From a virus: a stretch of DNA of 64,000 nucleotides. This document shows, in pieces, positions 35,049 through 44,290 of the stretch. Below the pieces are notes generated by a model. That model saw nothing but the letters and a program-made list of their open reading frames with translations. It was not told the DNA's origin and made no database searches. How positions within the stretch are numbered: position 1 is the stretch's first letter; every line of letters begins with the position of its first letter. The DNA lies in IMG/VR virus record IMGVR_UViG_3300024983_000001, positions 32,001-96,000 of that record; one strand, written 5' to 3'. A program made the translations under genes and the position numbers.

Positions 35049-35924
35049 TCAACTCCATCCCAACTTTGTGGTCAACACTTCAAAGAAGTTCCAAGCGGGT
35101 GTGTGTAACAACCGCACTTTATTTGGTTGTGTGTTGATTGTAAAGGTAGCAGCCTCACCACTATTATGAGTATCAAACGAACCGAACAATTGCCCATCAC
35201 CACGAATTGATACCGTTCCACCATCACGGATTCGTGCAGATACCTTAATAACGGCATCACCACCTACAATAATAGGACGAGAGGCCATCGTCATGGGTGC
35301 AACTGGTGTGATTTCTAATACATTTAATGAAGGATAAATAATCGCGCCGCCCGCGGATAAAGCGTAGGCGGTAGAACCGGTAGGAGTGGAAATAACAACA
35401 CTATTGGCACGGTGAGAACCAGCGCTCATATTGTCAACCCAAACTTCATATTCGATAGCTGAATCGGAATTGCTGTTAGCAATGGAGATCTCGTTCATTG
35501 TCGAAAACTCATAGCCTTCCGGGGTGGTTGTGAACAACATAATTCTATCTTCACGTGGAAACAAAGACGTTTTCCCCACATCAAGGATGCTGCCAAGATA
35601 ACTGTTTTTTTGCAAATCCTCAAAGGAAAAGTCAGTCAAAAATCCCACTCGTCCTGTATTAATGCCCATTACCGTTGCACCAGTTGATACCGCAATGTCA
35701 CTAGCATACAACATTGTACCATCGCCACCAATGGCCACGATAAGGGTATCCTGCGTAATGTCGCATTGGTCGGAGATGATGATCACTTGGTTTGTCGGCG
35801 ACAACAACTGATTAACACTTCTGAGCTGCTTGCGGATTTCCTTTTCCGCTTCATCGACACGTTCAACATCCTGCCCGTTTACTTTACGGACGATATATAC
35901 AGATTGAAATGCGGGCTTATTCAT
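35049..35924 (-). CDS. nadK: NAD kinase
   Basis: GGDGTML, GIN.G..GFL, NE, STPTGSTAYALSAGG, DGQ. Confidence 0.93.
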   Translation of the reverse strand: MNKPAFQSVYIVRKVNGQDVERVDEAEKEIRKQLRSVNQLLSPTNQVIIISDQCDITQDTLIVAIGGDGTMLYASDIAVSTGATVMGINTGRVGFLTDFSFEDLQKNSYLGSILDVGKTSLFPREDRIMLFTTTPEGYEFSTMNEISIANSNSDSAIEYEVWVDNMSAGSHRANSVVISTPTGSTAYALSAGGAIIYPSLNVLEITPVAPMTMASRPIIVGGDAVIKVSARIRDGGTVSIRGDGQLFGSFDTHNSGEAATFTINTQPNKVRLLHTPAWNFFEVLTTKLGWS

Positions 35925-35994
35925 AATTACCTCAATTCTTACATTCATTAATTATGGGGTTATTGTCCAACATTTGTTTATAAAACACAACAAC

Positions 35995-36002
35995 CATAAA
36001 TA
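35995..36002 (+). promoter_or_regulatory. Late promoter for the fibre operon
   Basis: CATAAATA. Confidence 0.65.
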
Positions 36003-36055
36003 TATTAAACAAGTTGCGTCTCACTATCACAACGTTCATAAAAAGGATTATAATT

Positions 36056-37126
36056 ATGTTACTCGACGGCATTACACTTACAAGCACTTCGGAAGTTCAA
36101 AACGTTCATGTTGAATCCGGCACGACTTTCCCTTTATCTCCAACTATCGGGCGTGCGTTTTATCTCACTGCCTCAGGTGGTGGTTATGATATTGGTTTTT
36201 ACATTTATAATGGCACAGATTGGATCACTGGTGATGTAACAGGGGTTTCTGTTGGTACTGGTTTAACTGGCGGCGGCGTTTCCGGCAACATCACGTTAAA
36301 CATCGACACCACCGTTATGGCAACAAAGGACTATGTAAACACTCTCGTTACAACTGGTGCTGTTTGGGTTGAGCCAATTGCAGCTAACGGTTTGGTTGGT
36401 GATAACCTTTCTACACCTCCTGGTTCTCCAGCAGTGCACGATTCGTATATTGTTTTAGCTACCGGAACCGGTGCATGGACAGGACTTGACGGACATTTGG
36501 TAGAGTGGAACGGTTCCGCTTGGGTGGATTTGGGACTTGTTACAATTGGTATGAGAATTGGTTTATCTATGGAGTCTGTTACTACTTGTACAGGTTCCTT
36601 TGTCGGACACGATAACGAAATTGTTACTATTACAGGTGTCGGCCCTCTTACGTATTCATACACAGCACTCACAGATGGTATGTCTGTTTTGGTGAACACT
36701 GCTGCATCCTATGATGCGTATCATGCTTACTTCTACCAGGGGGCTACTTCGTCTTGGGTTGAGTTCGTTGGTCCACCAGTCGTCCAAACAATTCCGTACG
36801 ATATCAGTGGTTCTATTCTCGGTAAACCAGCTGGCGGTGCTGTTGTAACACGATTTGTTGCCGTTCGTGGTTTCAGTATTCCTGCAAACTGCACAGGTAG
36901 TGTTGGTAAAGCAGCAACAGCCGCAACCAATTCGACCACCTTATCCCTTCAAAAGAATGGTGTTCAGTTTGGTACAATGGTATTTGCTGCAAGCGGAACC
37001 GTCGCTACATTTACTGCATCCAGCACATCGTTCATCGCCGGTGACATCTTTACTGTTGTTGCGCCAGGTACCGCAGATACAACATTTGGTGATGCTGAAT
37101 ACACATTCGTGTGCACATTAGCTTAA
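36056..37126 (+). CDS. Virion fibre protein (DUF2793-like middle domain)
   Basis: GTGLTGGG..G..T, ATKDYV, PP..P...D.Y.V...TGAW.G.DG; shared C-terminal domain. Confidence 0.75.
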   Translation: MLLDGITLTSTSEVQNVHVESGTTFPLSPTIGRAFYLTASGGGYDIGFYIYNGTDWITGDVTGVSVGTGLTGGGVSGNITLNIDTTVMATKDYVNTLVTTGAVWVEPIAANGLVGDNLSTPPGSPAVHDSYIVLATGTGAWTGLDGHLVEWNGSAWVDLGLVTIGMRIGLSMESVTTCTGSFVGHDNEIVTITGVGPLTYSYTALTDGMSVLVNTAASYDAYHAYFYQGATSSWVEFVGPPVVQTIPYDISGSILGKPAGGAVVTRFVAVRGFSIPANCTGSVGKAATAATNSTTLSLQKNGVQFGTMVFAASGTVATFTASSTSFIAGDIFTVVAPGTADTTFGDAEYTFVCTLA

Positions 37127-37154
37127 TCATCACACATTTTCAAAGAGCAGTAAT

Positions 37155-38624
37155 ATGTTATTAGATGGTGTAACTCTCGTAGCCGGTTCGGAAATACAGA
37201 ACGTTCATGTAGAATCAGGCACTACATTCCCTGTTGGACCAGCTCAAGGTAGGATGTTCTATTTAACGACCGCGAGTGGTGGTAATTCTATCGGTCTTTA
37301 TGTGTTTGATGGAACCTCGTGGATTACGGGGGACATTACAAGCTTGACAGCCGGAAGTGGTTTGACTGGAGGTGGTGTCGCGGGGGACATCAGCTTTGCT
37401 GTAGACACTTCTGTTATTGCAACCAACACGTCTGTTTCTACAGCCTTAGGTGTTGTTAGTGGTGATCTTGCTACTCACACTGCGGATGCAACAGTGCACT
37501 TGACATCTGCTCAAAACACTTTGCTAGATGGACTAAATGGTTCTTTGACGTCTGCCGAAGTTAATTATTTGGTGGGCGTAACGGGTGCTGTTCAAACACA
37601 AATCGATTCCAAAGTTGCAAAAGCTGGTGATACAATGACTGGTAATTTGGTCATGCAAGCCGAACAAACAATTACGGTACCAACACCAACTGGTGGTTTT
37701 ACTGCTTCAAATGCTGTTAATAGAGCTTATGTTGATGCTCTTGCATCAGGATTAACGTGGTTAAACCCAATCCTTGATCCAGATTTGATGGATGATAGTT
37801 TGAGTGCACCTCCTGTATCTCCTGTTGTAAATGCCGTGTATTTAATTGGCGCCACTGCATCCGGTGCTTGGACGGGTCTTGAAGGACACGCTGTATATTG
37901 GTCGGGTACTGCATGGGTTGATATTTTGGGCCGGGTTGTTGCTGTTGGTGATCGTTTTGGTGTCACTATGGAGCATGGTTCGGGTACTGAGGGTGGTAAT
38001 ATGGCTACACACCATAACGACATTGCCCAAGTTACTAACGCAACCCCAGGTTCATATGCTTATACATTTACAACACCACTTTCTGGCCAAGCCACTTTTG
38101 TAAACAATGCATCTTCACAACACTTTGGACACTCATACGTATACGATTCAGCTTCAACAGCGTGGATAGAATTTGGTGGTCCTAATGCAACCCCAGCAGG
38201 TGTTGGTTTGGGTTATACAGGTAACGTGTTGAATGTTAATTTAGGTGCAGGTGTTGCTGAGTTACCAACTGATGAAGTTGGTTTAGATTTATATTCCGCC
38301 TCCGGGTTAATGTTAACATTGGATGGTACAACTCCATCATCTGCAACTGCCGCACAACTTGCTGTAAAAGTGGATGGTACAACGTTAACTCGTTCAGCAA
38401 ATGGATTGAAGGTTGCAGATGTTGGATATAATGTTTTCACAGCAACTGCTTCACAAACCGTATTCACATTCTCCGGATTTACCAATGTGGTTGGTTCACA
38501 TCGCTTGATGGTATTTGTGAGTGGTATCAAACAATTGGAAAGTGCTTACACAGAGACTACTACAGATATTACACTATCTACTGGTCTTACTGCCGGTACA
38601 TCTGTAGAAATCTACTTTAGATAA
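37155..38624 (+). CDS. Virion fibre protein, paralog of the upstream gene
   Basis: Same MLLDG.TL...E.QNVHVESGTTFP start; KAGDTMTG, GVT..VQTQID, TATASQTVF motifs. Confidence 0.8.
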   Translation: MLLDGVTLVAGSEIQNVHVESGTTFPVGPAQGRMFYLTTASGGNSIGLYVFDGTSWITGDITSLTAGSGLTGGGVAGDISFAVDTSVIATNTSVSTALGVVSGDLATHTADATVHLTSAQNTLLDGLNGSLTSAEVNYLVGVTGAVQTQIDSKVAKAGDTMTGNLVMQAEQTITVPTPTGGFTASNAVNRAYVDALASGLTWLNPILDPDLMDDSLSAPPVSPVVNAVYLIGATASGAWTGLEGHAVYWSGTAWVDILGRVVAVGDRFGVTMEHGSGTEGGNMATHHNDIAQVTNATPGSYAYTFTTPLSGQATFVNNASSQHFGHSYVYDSASTAWIEFGGPNATPAGVGLGYTGNVLNVNLGAGVAELPTDEVGLDLYSASGLMLTLDGTTPSSATAAQLAVKVDGTTLTRSANGLKVADVGYNVFTATASQTVFTFSGFTNVVGSHRLMVFVSGIKQLESAYTETTTDITLSTGLTAGTSVEIYFR

Positions 38625-38639
38625 TAGGAGAGTTTAATT

Positions 38640-39023
38640 ATGTCGTTAACAACAATTTCATTAGATGTGGTACCAGCAGCACTAAAGGCATATGATATTG
38701 CTGGCAGTACTATTGGAAAACCAGCAAATGCAGCAACCATTGCAAGGTTTGTTGCAGTCCGTCCTTTCACTTTACCAGCCAACTTAACGGGTAGCTATGC
38801 AAAAGCTGGTGTAGCATCAACAGCCGCCGCATTATTCACTATCAATAAGAACGGTTCTTCTGTTGGCAATTTTACATATGGTATTGGTTCTGCAATCGGT
38901 GCATTTACGTTTGCATCTGATGTTTCGTTTGCAGCAGGTGATGTGTTAACCGTTGTTGGTCCAGGAACTGCTGATAGTACATTGTCCGATCTTCAGTTCA
39001 CGTTTGCTGGTGTATTGGTATAA
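38640..39023 (+). CDS. Stand-alone copy of the shared fibre C-terminal domain
   Basis: YDIAG...GKP...RFVA.R.F..P. Confidence 0.75.
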   Translation: MSLTTISLDVVPAALKAYDIAGSTIGKPANAATIARFVAVRPFTLPANLTGSYAKAGVASTAAALFTINKNGSSVGNFTYGIGSAIGAFTFASDVSFAAGDVLTVVGPGTADSTLSDLQFTFAGVLV

Positions 39024-39070
39024 AGAATTCACGCTTAGGACCGTGATATCAGTAGAGGGATACTACTGAG

Positions 39071-39097
39071 AAAATCCCCACGAAAGTGGGGATTTTT
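39071..39097. terminator. Bidirectional intrinsic terminator
   Basis: AAAATCCCCAC-GAAA-GTGGGGATTTTT. Confidence 0.85.
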
Positions 39098-39099
39098 GT

Positions 39100-39540
39100 T
39101 TATTGAGGTTGTACCTTACGAATAACTTTACGTGTTTTGTGATACTTTTTAACCACATGACGTTTTTTCTGTTGTTTTTCGATTTTGGGTGGCGGTTTAA
39201 GACTGTTTATACGGTCCTCTTCCATTCGTTTCATATCTTCCAGTAAGTTGTTGTAGCCCACAGTTGTACATTGATTATAAAAATTTGTATATGTGTCGGC
39301 AGGATTTTTTGTTTTAAGGTAAAAAGCTTCCTGTTTAATACGTTGAAATGGAAATGTGACCGCTACAGGTTCACCTGTAAAAGAATCAATATCCGGCAAG
39401 GTTACACCCATGTCGCGTAGAGTTGCTACACTACGTGCATATGCACCTACCTTATCACATTGAGTATCGATGTGTTGTTGTGGGAACCCAGCACATCCTG
39501 TTAGTAACACTACGATTCCAATCGATAGTAATTTTAACAT
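39100..39540 (-). CDS. Lipoprotein with basic tail
   Basis: Lipobox LTGC; AGGAG RBS. Confidence 0.75.
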   Translation of the reverse strand: MLKLLSIGIVVLLTGCAGFPQQHIDTQCDKVGAYARSVATLRDMGVTLPDIDSFTGEPVAVTFPFQRIKQEAFYLKTKNPADTYTNFYNQCTTVGYNNLLEDMKRMEEDRINSLKPPPKIEKQQKKRHVVKKYHKTRKVIRKVQPQ

Positions 39541-39549
39541 ACAGTTCTC

Positions 39550-39891
39550 CTATTTAATTAATAATGTGTCGTTTGAGCAACACGATTTTAATTTTTCATA
39601 CACATCAGGCATGACGTTGATGCATCCATTCGTTATGGTTCTATCTCCAACATTTCCTGACATCAACCGGTCCATTCGGTGCTGCGTTGGATTTAACAAA
39701 TAAACACGATGGATTGCATACCATTCTGTGGATGTTTCTTTAAATTGTAACACATCACCACCATAACCTCGTTGTTCTGTAATAAGTTGATGAATTTGAA
39801 ATTCACCTTTTGGTGTATGTGTACCAATTAATGCTGGATAGCACGAATTAGCAAAACAAATTGTTGCTGTGATTAGATTAACTATAACCAT
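39550..39891 (-). CDS. L,D-transpeptidase (YkuD-like) catalytic domain
   Basis: TPKG.F, AIH, TNGCIN catalytic His/Cys pattern. Confidence 0.8.
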   Translation of the reverse strand: MVIVNLITATICFANSCYPALIGTHTPKGEFQIHQLITEQRGYGGDVLQFKETSTEWYAIHRVYLLNPTQHRMDRLMSGNVGDRTITNGCINVMPDVYEKLKSCCSNDTLLIK

Positions 39892-39921
39892 AATACGATA
39901 AAAAGGGGGCAACCCCCCTTT

Positions 39922-40317
39922 TTATTCTTTACCCTTCTTTACTGGAACCTCTTTATAAATCACAATTGGTACCGCCGGAACAGGCTTTTCCGTGACATGT
40001 GGTCGAATATACAAATATTCCCCCCGTCCAAGTTTTGGAGCCCAGTTGTAACTGTCACACTTCAACGTTGTTGACTCTTTCGCGCAATCAACATCGACAA
40101 CACGAGGCCAAATTGTTGCAGCAGTAGGAAATCCAGGCATGTATTGTGGAGCATGGTACATACCATCCATCACTGGTGGGGCTTGTTCTACCCCAACTTC
40201 ACCAGGAGTTCCCGAACCAAGCGGTGTGCGGACGATGCTAACATCTGTTGCTAATGCCACTTGAGAACATGCCAATGCAGCTAACAACGTCACTACCCTA
40301 ATATCTTTTGTATTCAT
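39922..40317 (-). CDS. Secreted hypothetical protein
   Basis: Signal peptide ending ALA; AAGGAG RBS. Confidence 0.75.
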   Translation of the reverse strand: MNTKDIRVVTLLAALACSQVALATDVSIVRTPLGSGTPGEVGVEQAPPVMDGMYHAPQYMPGFPTAATIWPRVVDVDCAKESTTLKCDSYNWAPKLGRGEYLYIRPHVTEKPVPAVPIVIYKEVPVKKGKE

Positions 40318-40345
40318 GTGCTTCTCCTTTTAGAAATAAGTCAAA

Positions 40346-41092
40346 TCACTTATCGTCTTTGGTTGGGCACTTAAAACCAGTTTCTTCAAGAGCTTCTTTG
40401 TTGAGATCATCCATACACATACGGGCCATAGCCGCAGCCTTGAATCCCATATTCCACATTTCACGGGAGTTCTTCAACATTACACAGTTTTTGTCAGACC
40501 ACGTAGAGCCGAGATTGATTCCGAATCCAGGAACTGAAATACCGCCACTAGACGAACCCATACAGGTATCATTGGAACTAGTTAATGCAGAGGCACTAAC
40601 ATCAGGTGTATTACGAATCGTTACTTTGCTGGGACTCGTAAAAGTGACATTTTGTGAGGCATTGTTGGAATTAGCGTTTGCGCCGGCGCCTACGGAACCG
40701 CCACTAACGTCACCAACTGTTGCATTGACGTCACCCACTTTGGCGGATGGAGAAAAGTTTCCGCCGCCATTACCAACAGAGGAATTTCCACTATCTTTAA
40801 CGGACGAATTACCACCCGCGACGTTACCTACCGATCCACCTGCTCCACCAATACCAACTCCCACCCCAACTCCAAAGCCGGTTGCGGTCGAACTTGAACT
40901 CGATGATGAACTTGAACTCGACGATGAACCATTGGAACCGCCATTACAACTATTGCCTTGACAATAGTGAGTGTTGGTATGAGTGTTGGTTTTGGTATCA
41001 CCATGTTTGCCGTTACCGAGGGGTTGGGTTGCGAAAGCCGAGCCGGAGACAAGCATAGCAGCTAATGCAACTGCAAGTAATGTTTTATTCAT
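40346..41092 (-). CDS. Secreted Gly/Ser/Asn-rich protein with Cys-containing C-terminal domain
   Basis: MNKTLLAVALAAML..AFA signal; poly-Ser; DTCMGSSSGG..W.D.NC. Confidence 0.8.
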   Translation of the reverse strand: MNKTLLAVALAAMLVSGSAFATQPLGNGKHGDTKTNTHTNTHYCQGNSCNGGSNGSSSSSSSSSSSSSTATGFGVGVGVGIGGAGGSVGNVAGGNSSVKDSGNSSVGNGGGNFSPSAKVGDVNATVGDVSGGSVGAGANANSNNASQNVTFTSPSKVTIRNTPDVSASALTSSNDTCMGSSSGGISVPGFGINLGSTWSDKNCVMLKNSREMWNMGFKAAAMARMCMDDLNKEALEETGFKCPTKDDK

Positions 41093-41126
41093 TTGTAAAT
41101 CTCCTTTAATTGAAATTAATGGAAGA

Positions 41127-41217
41127 CTCACGGTAATTCCCGCTGCCATTGAAGTTACTCTTTAGGCCGGTGAACTTTGTGCCCCAGTCTTTCGAACTGG
41201 TATACCCTTTACATGTA
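41127..41217 (-). ncRNA. c-di-GMP-I (GEMM-I) riboswitch aptamer
   Basis: GGGTATACCAGTTC-GAAA-GACTGGGGCACAAAGTTCACCGGCCTAAA...ATGGCAGCGGGAATTACCG: GNRA loop, receptor and junctions match the consensus. Confidence 0.88.
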
Positions 41218-41268
41218 TTCTTCTTGTTTTACTTACCCTTTCGCGGAATGCAAAAGGACAATATTAAT

Positions 41269-41297
41269 ATTGTATTTCCAATATCTTAAAAAGTCAA
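41269..41297 (-). promoter_or_regulatory. Sigma70-type promoter for the riboswitch leader
   Basis: TTGACT-17-TACAAT. Confidence 0.75.
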
Positions 41298-41854
41298 CAG
41301 TCTATAATTGACCACATCTCACTGCTAATATAACTCAACAATTGCTGGAATCTGTTTTCTTTTTGTAGATTAAAAACAGGAATTTTGTAGTCGTCAGCAA
41401 TTCGTATTGCTTGTCCAGTCCCACCCGTACCAACAGTTGTTTGTGATCCTTGTTCCACACCATCTTGTGTCCAACACACAACTAGTTTAACAGGGTCATT
41501 GAGATTGGGACCCAGTACTTGATACCCATTGCGTGCCATAAGTTTTCGTGCAAATGGTGGCAATATTTTCCAAGTGGGGTGATATTTTTCAGCTAAATCA
41601 AACGCTTCATCTGTAAGGTTATATAAAGAAGAGGTACTATTGTTAAATCCTCTTGATGGCAGATATATTTCTTTATTCCCACCAAATTGGTCATATGCAA
41701 TCTCAAACGCCAGGTCGGCGCCGTCGGCGCCACCTGATCGCAACACCCAATTTCTTTTTGCTAACAAAGAAGAAATAGCAATAATCTGTTTAGTTGCGTG
41801 TGGAGGTGTAGAACGACTACCTATTCCAGCAAAACTTATAACACCGTTACTCAT
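41294..41854 (-). CDS. SLOG-superfamily (DprA/Smf-like) protein
   Basis: AGIGSRSTP, LRSGGADGAD.AFE, ARN..QVLG, GGTGQA.RIA. Confidence 0.85.
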   Translation of the reverse strand: MSNGVISFAGIGSRSTPPHATKQIIAISSLLAKRNWVLRSGGADGADLAFEIAYDQFGGNKEIYLPSRGFNNSTSSLYNLTDEAFDLAEKYHPTWKILPPFARKLMARNGYQVLGPNLNDPVKLVVCWTQDGVEQGSQTTVGTGGTGQAIRIADDYKIPVFNLQKENRFQQLLSYISSEMWSIIDC

Positions 41855-42051
41855 TTTACTACCCTTACGCCAATATCAAAATCACATTCTGTGCAATAAA
41901 CGTGACCTTTCGTTCTCACGAGAGAATCATATCCATGAATAGGACAACAAAACAGGTCATGCCGCAGGTTTTCGTCCAATGGATATTGTGCTTCAGAGTA
42001 TGGATACCCACAATCAGGACACTCCATGCGCATGCTTATTCTGTTACACAT
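41851..42051 (-). CDS. Small Cys-rich Zn-ribbon protein
   Basis: CPDC, CPIH, CTEC. Confidence 0.6.
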   Translation of the reverse strand: MCNRISMRMECPDCGYPYSEAQYPLDENLRHDLFCCPIHGYDSLVRTKGHVYCTECDFDIGVRVVK

Positions 42052-42053
42052 AA

Positions 42054-43025
42054 TTAATCTTCGATATAAACGTGATCGATGTGGTGTAGAACAAACAACA
42101 ACATAATACTCGATACCAACATCAACAGAGGATTGAACAGCCAACACACAAACGGAATAGAAAGATAATAGCTCCTCATACCAAGACTATAATAAGCGCC
42201 ACCCCTATTAAGAACTCGTGACACATAATCACTGTCGATATACGGCGATTTACAGTTGACCAAATAACCTACGTGGTTGAACATTCGTACGGACAAAGTG
42301 AACATAAAGAAGGCGGTAAATAACGTGAACAACAACGGCCCAACCTTGAAAGCATGTAACGCTGAATGTTGAGACGAAACTGCAATTGCATCTGATACTG
42401 TGCCAAAGTGTGAAATGTTCAACACTCCAATTATCAACAAGATTGCTGTAGATGCTAAAAATGTCGCAGCCATTGTTGAATTTCGTAGTGTTTGCACTGC
42501 CAACACCTCAAAGTTATCGTGTGACATAATGGACCGAACCCACGCGGAACGGGCTTGAGTGGTAATAGTTTGGAAAGTTGAATATGATGGGTCTTTACGA
42601 GTTCGGACATAAACCACTATATGATATCCAGCTAACAAAACAATACTAATGGAAAATAAAATTAGGTTACGATAGTGTCCCCACACTACATCAATAACTG
42701 TTTTCTGATGCCGCTCAAACGTAATGACGGGTGGGGGCTGATTTTTACTTTTCATTAGAGTTTGAGCATATTCGCTGCCATTTTTAGCAGCAAGGCCAAT
42801 CCATTTATCCGCCATCACAGCGTCGGGTTTGAGACCATATTCACCACTTTGATATGCCAAACCAAGCATTAACTGTCCTTTTCGATCGCCACTATCCGCA
42901 AGATTTTGCAAAACTGCCAGGTCAGATTTGTTAATATCAGCTTGATTTCTAGGTTCGAAAATATAAGCGGCTGTAATTACAGCAATCATTACAGCAATGA
43001 ATGATAGAGTTTTAAGATGTTTCAT
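42054..43025 (-). CDS. Sel1-repeat plus DUF599 membrane protein
   Basis: LGLAY.SG..G...D...A..W...AA..G; LAVQTLRN..MAATFLASTA; G.R.YY...P...W. Confidence 0.8.
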   Translation of the reverse strand: MKHLKTLSFIAVMIAVITAAYIFEPRNQADINKSDLAVLQNLADSGDRKGQLMLGLAYQSGEYGLKPDAVMADKWIGLAAKNGSEYAQTLMKSKNQPPPVITFERHQKTVIDVVWGHYRNLILFSISIVLLAGYHIVVYVRTRKDPSYSTFQTITTQARSAWVRSIMSHDNFEVLAVQTLRNSTMAATFLASTAILLIIGVLNISHFGTVSDAIAVSSQHSALHAFKVGPLLFTLFTAFFMFTLSVRMFNHVGYLVNCKSPYIDSDYVSRVLNRGGAYYSLGMRSYYLSIPFVCWLFNPLLMLVSSIMLLFVLHHIDHVYIED

Positions 43026-43052
43026 TTTTTATCCTTTGTGTGTTTATTTTGG

Positions 43053-43358
43053 TTATTTTAAATCGTTCCAATTAACACGCACAAGCACGATGTGTAAATC
43101 CGGGCGAAATTGTGATGCCATTTTCATTAATGGTTCGTCGTTAATGAAATACAATGTTACTGGTGAGTGTGATGGGAATTTTGTAAGAACACACACAAAA
43201 TCTACGGTATCCGCAATCACCACTCTCTTAGCGTCGTGTAACTCCAACATGGATGTATTTTCCATAGTGTCGAACACAACTTTTGGTCCATCTGTCCACT
43301 GTTTAAATGTGGATGGAGTGTAATCAATTGTTTTAATAATCGTAAGCAGTTCATCCAT
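43053..43358 (-). CDS. Hypothetical protein
   Basis: TAATG coupling. Confidence 0.6.
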   Translation of the reverse strand: MDELLTIIKTIDYTPSTFKQWTDGPKVVFDTMENTSMLELHDAKRVVIADTVDFVCVLTKFPSHSPVTLYFINDEPLMKMASQFRPDLHIVLVRVNWNDLK

Positions 43359-43780
43359 TATTTTTCACCTTTAGTCCAATATGAGTATGGAATGTAATCG
43401 ATATTTTGGTAATTGTAGTGGCCTCTGATATATTGTCGGTTGTACTCATTTACAGTTTCTTGGTCTAACCGCGGATCATTAATGTGAGTGTTCAGTAGCT
43501 CCGCAATATGTATTCGTATTTGACGCAATTCGCGCATTTTGCGGGTATACTTGGGATTACCGTGTTCTTGTGTACCTCTATTCCGAGCATCCGCCAACTT
43601 TTTACGATAAATTTTATGCTCACGCAATTGTTCCTCTGTCATTCCCGATTTTTGCATCAAACGCCGCAATTCCTTAGCCTCTTCCTTATTCGGAATATGT
43701 TTACCTGTTACAGTTGCAGCATAAAACTTTTTTGCGGTAAGAAAACTGTCTTGTTCATCCATTTTAGTACTCCTTAACAT
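43358..43780 (-). CDS. Basic hypothetical protein
   Basis: Tight packing. Confidence 0.65.
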   Translation of the reverse strand: MLRSTKMDEQDSFLTAKKFYAATVTGKHIPNKEEAKELRRLMQKSGMTEEQLREHKIYRKKLADARNRGTQEHGNPKYTRKMRELRQIRIHIAELLNTHINDPRLDQETVNEYNRQYIRGHYNYQNIDYIPYSYWTKGEK

Positions 43781-43807
43781 GCAACAGCATATGCTGTCTG
43801 TGTTCTC

Positions 43808-44035
43808 TCACAAAATTCCCCAATATGTGTCAATTTTTTCAATAATATCACGAGCCTTATCAACATTAGAGTTGTGCATCAAATCGATTGTGACTCGTCG
43901 AGGATTGGTTCCTCCACCCACTCTATAACCATTCTCCGACAAAGCTTTGGTGGCCCGCATCGCCTGGAACTCATCTTTCACAAGGAAATCGTGCTCACCC
44001 CAGCCACTTTCGTGTACTTCTTCAAATATTATCAT
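43808..44035 (-). CDS. Hypothetical protein
   Basis: GAGGA RBS before MIIFEE. Confidence 0.6.
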   Translation of the reverse strand: MIIFEEVHESGWGEHDFLVKDEFQAMRATKALSENGYRVGGGTNPRRVTIDLMHNSNVDKARDIIEKIDTYWGIL

Positions 44036-44045
44036 TAAGTTATCC

Positions 44046-44279
44046 TCACCACGCAACAGCATATGCCGTCCACGACCCATCAGCATTTTGTTCAGTTTCC
44101 CAACCCACTCGACGATTGCCACAATCACAACGCCTATCATCACCATCCCATCCTTGACAGTCATTGCCACCGTCCCAAACATCAGCACAGTTCCAACCAG
44201 AAAATTCAATGTATACTTCTTCTGCACATGCTTGCATACCAGCAGCAATTGCCTCTTCTTCAGTTAAACCATGATACAT
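44046..44279 (-). CDS. Small Cys/Trp-rich protein
   Basis: F.G.NC, C.GWDG..RRC.CGNRRV.W. Confidence 0.75.
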   Translation of the reverse strand: MYHGLTEEEAIAAGMQACAEEVYIEFSGWNCADVWDGGNDCQGWDGDDRRCDCGNRRVGWETEQNADGSWTAYAVAW

Positions 44280-44290
44280 GTTAACATCCT

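Noticed and set aside
36056-39023. Diversity-generating retroelement behind the fibre paralogs
   Set aside because: No reverse transcriptase and no adenine-specific repeat pair were seen.
39029-39069. Pistol ribozyme
   Set aside because: The first hairpin is superficially similar, but there is no pseudoknot partner (CCTAAG) or conserved core.
40308-40961. 217-aa + strand ORF and similar shadow ORFs (9408..10232, 12649..13146, 771..1211)
   Set aside because: Antisense to well-supported genes, with no RBS or recognisable motifs.
41221-41260. Second tandem c-di-GMP aptamer
   Set aside because: Only a GAAA-like fragment is present, without P3 or the junction residues.
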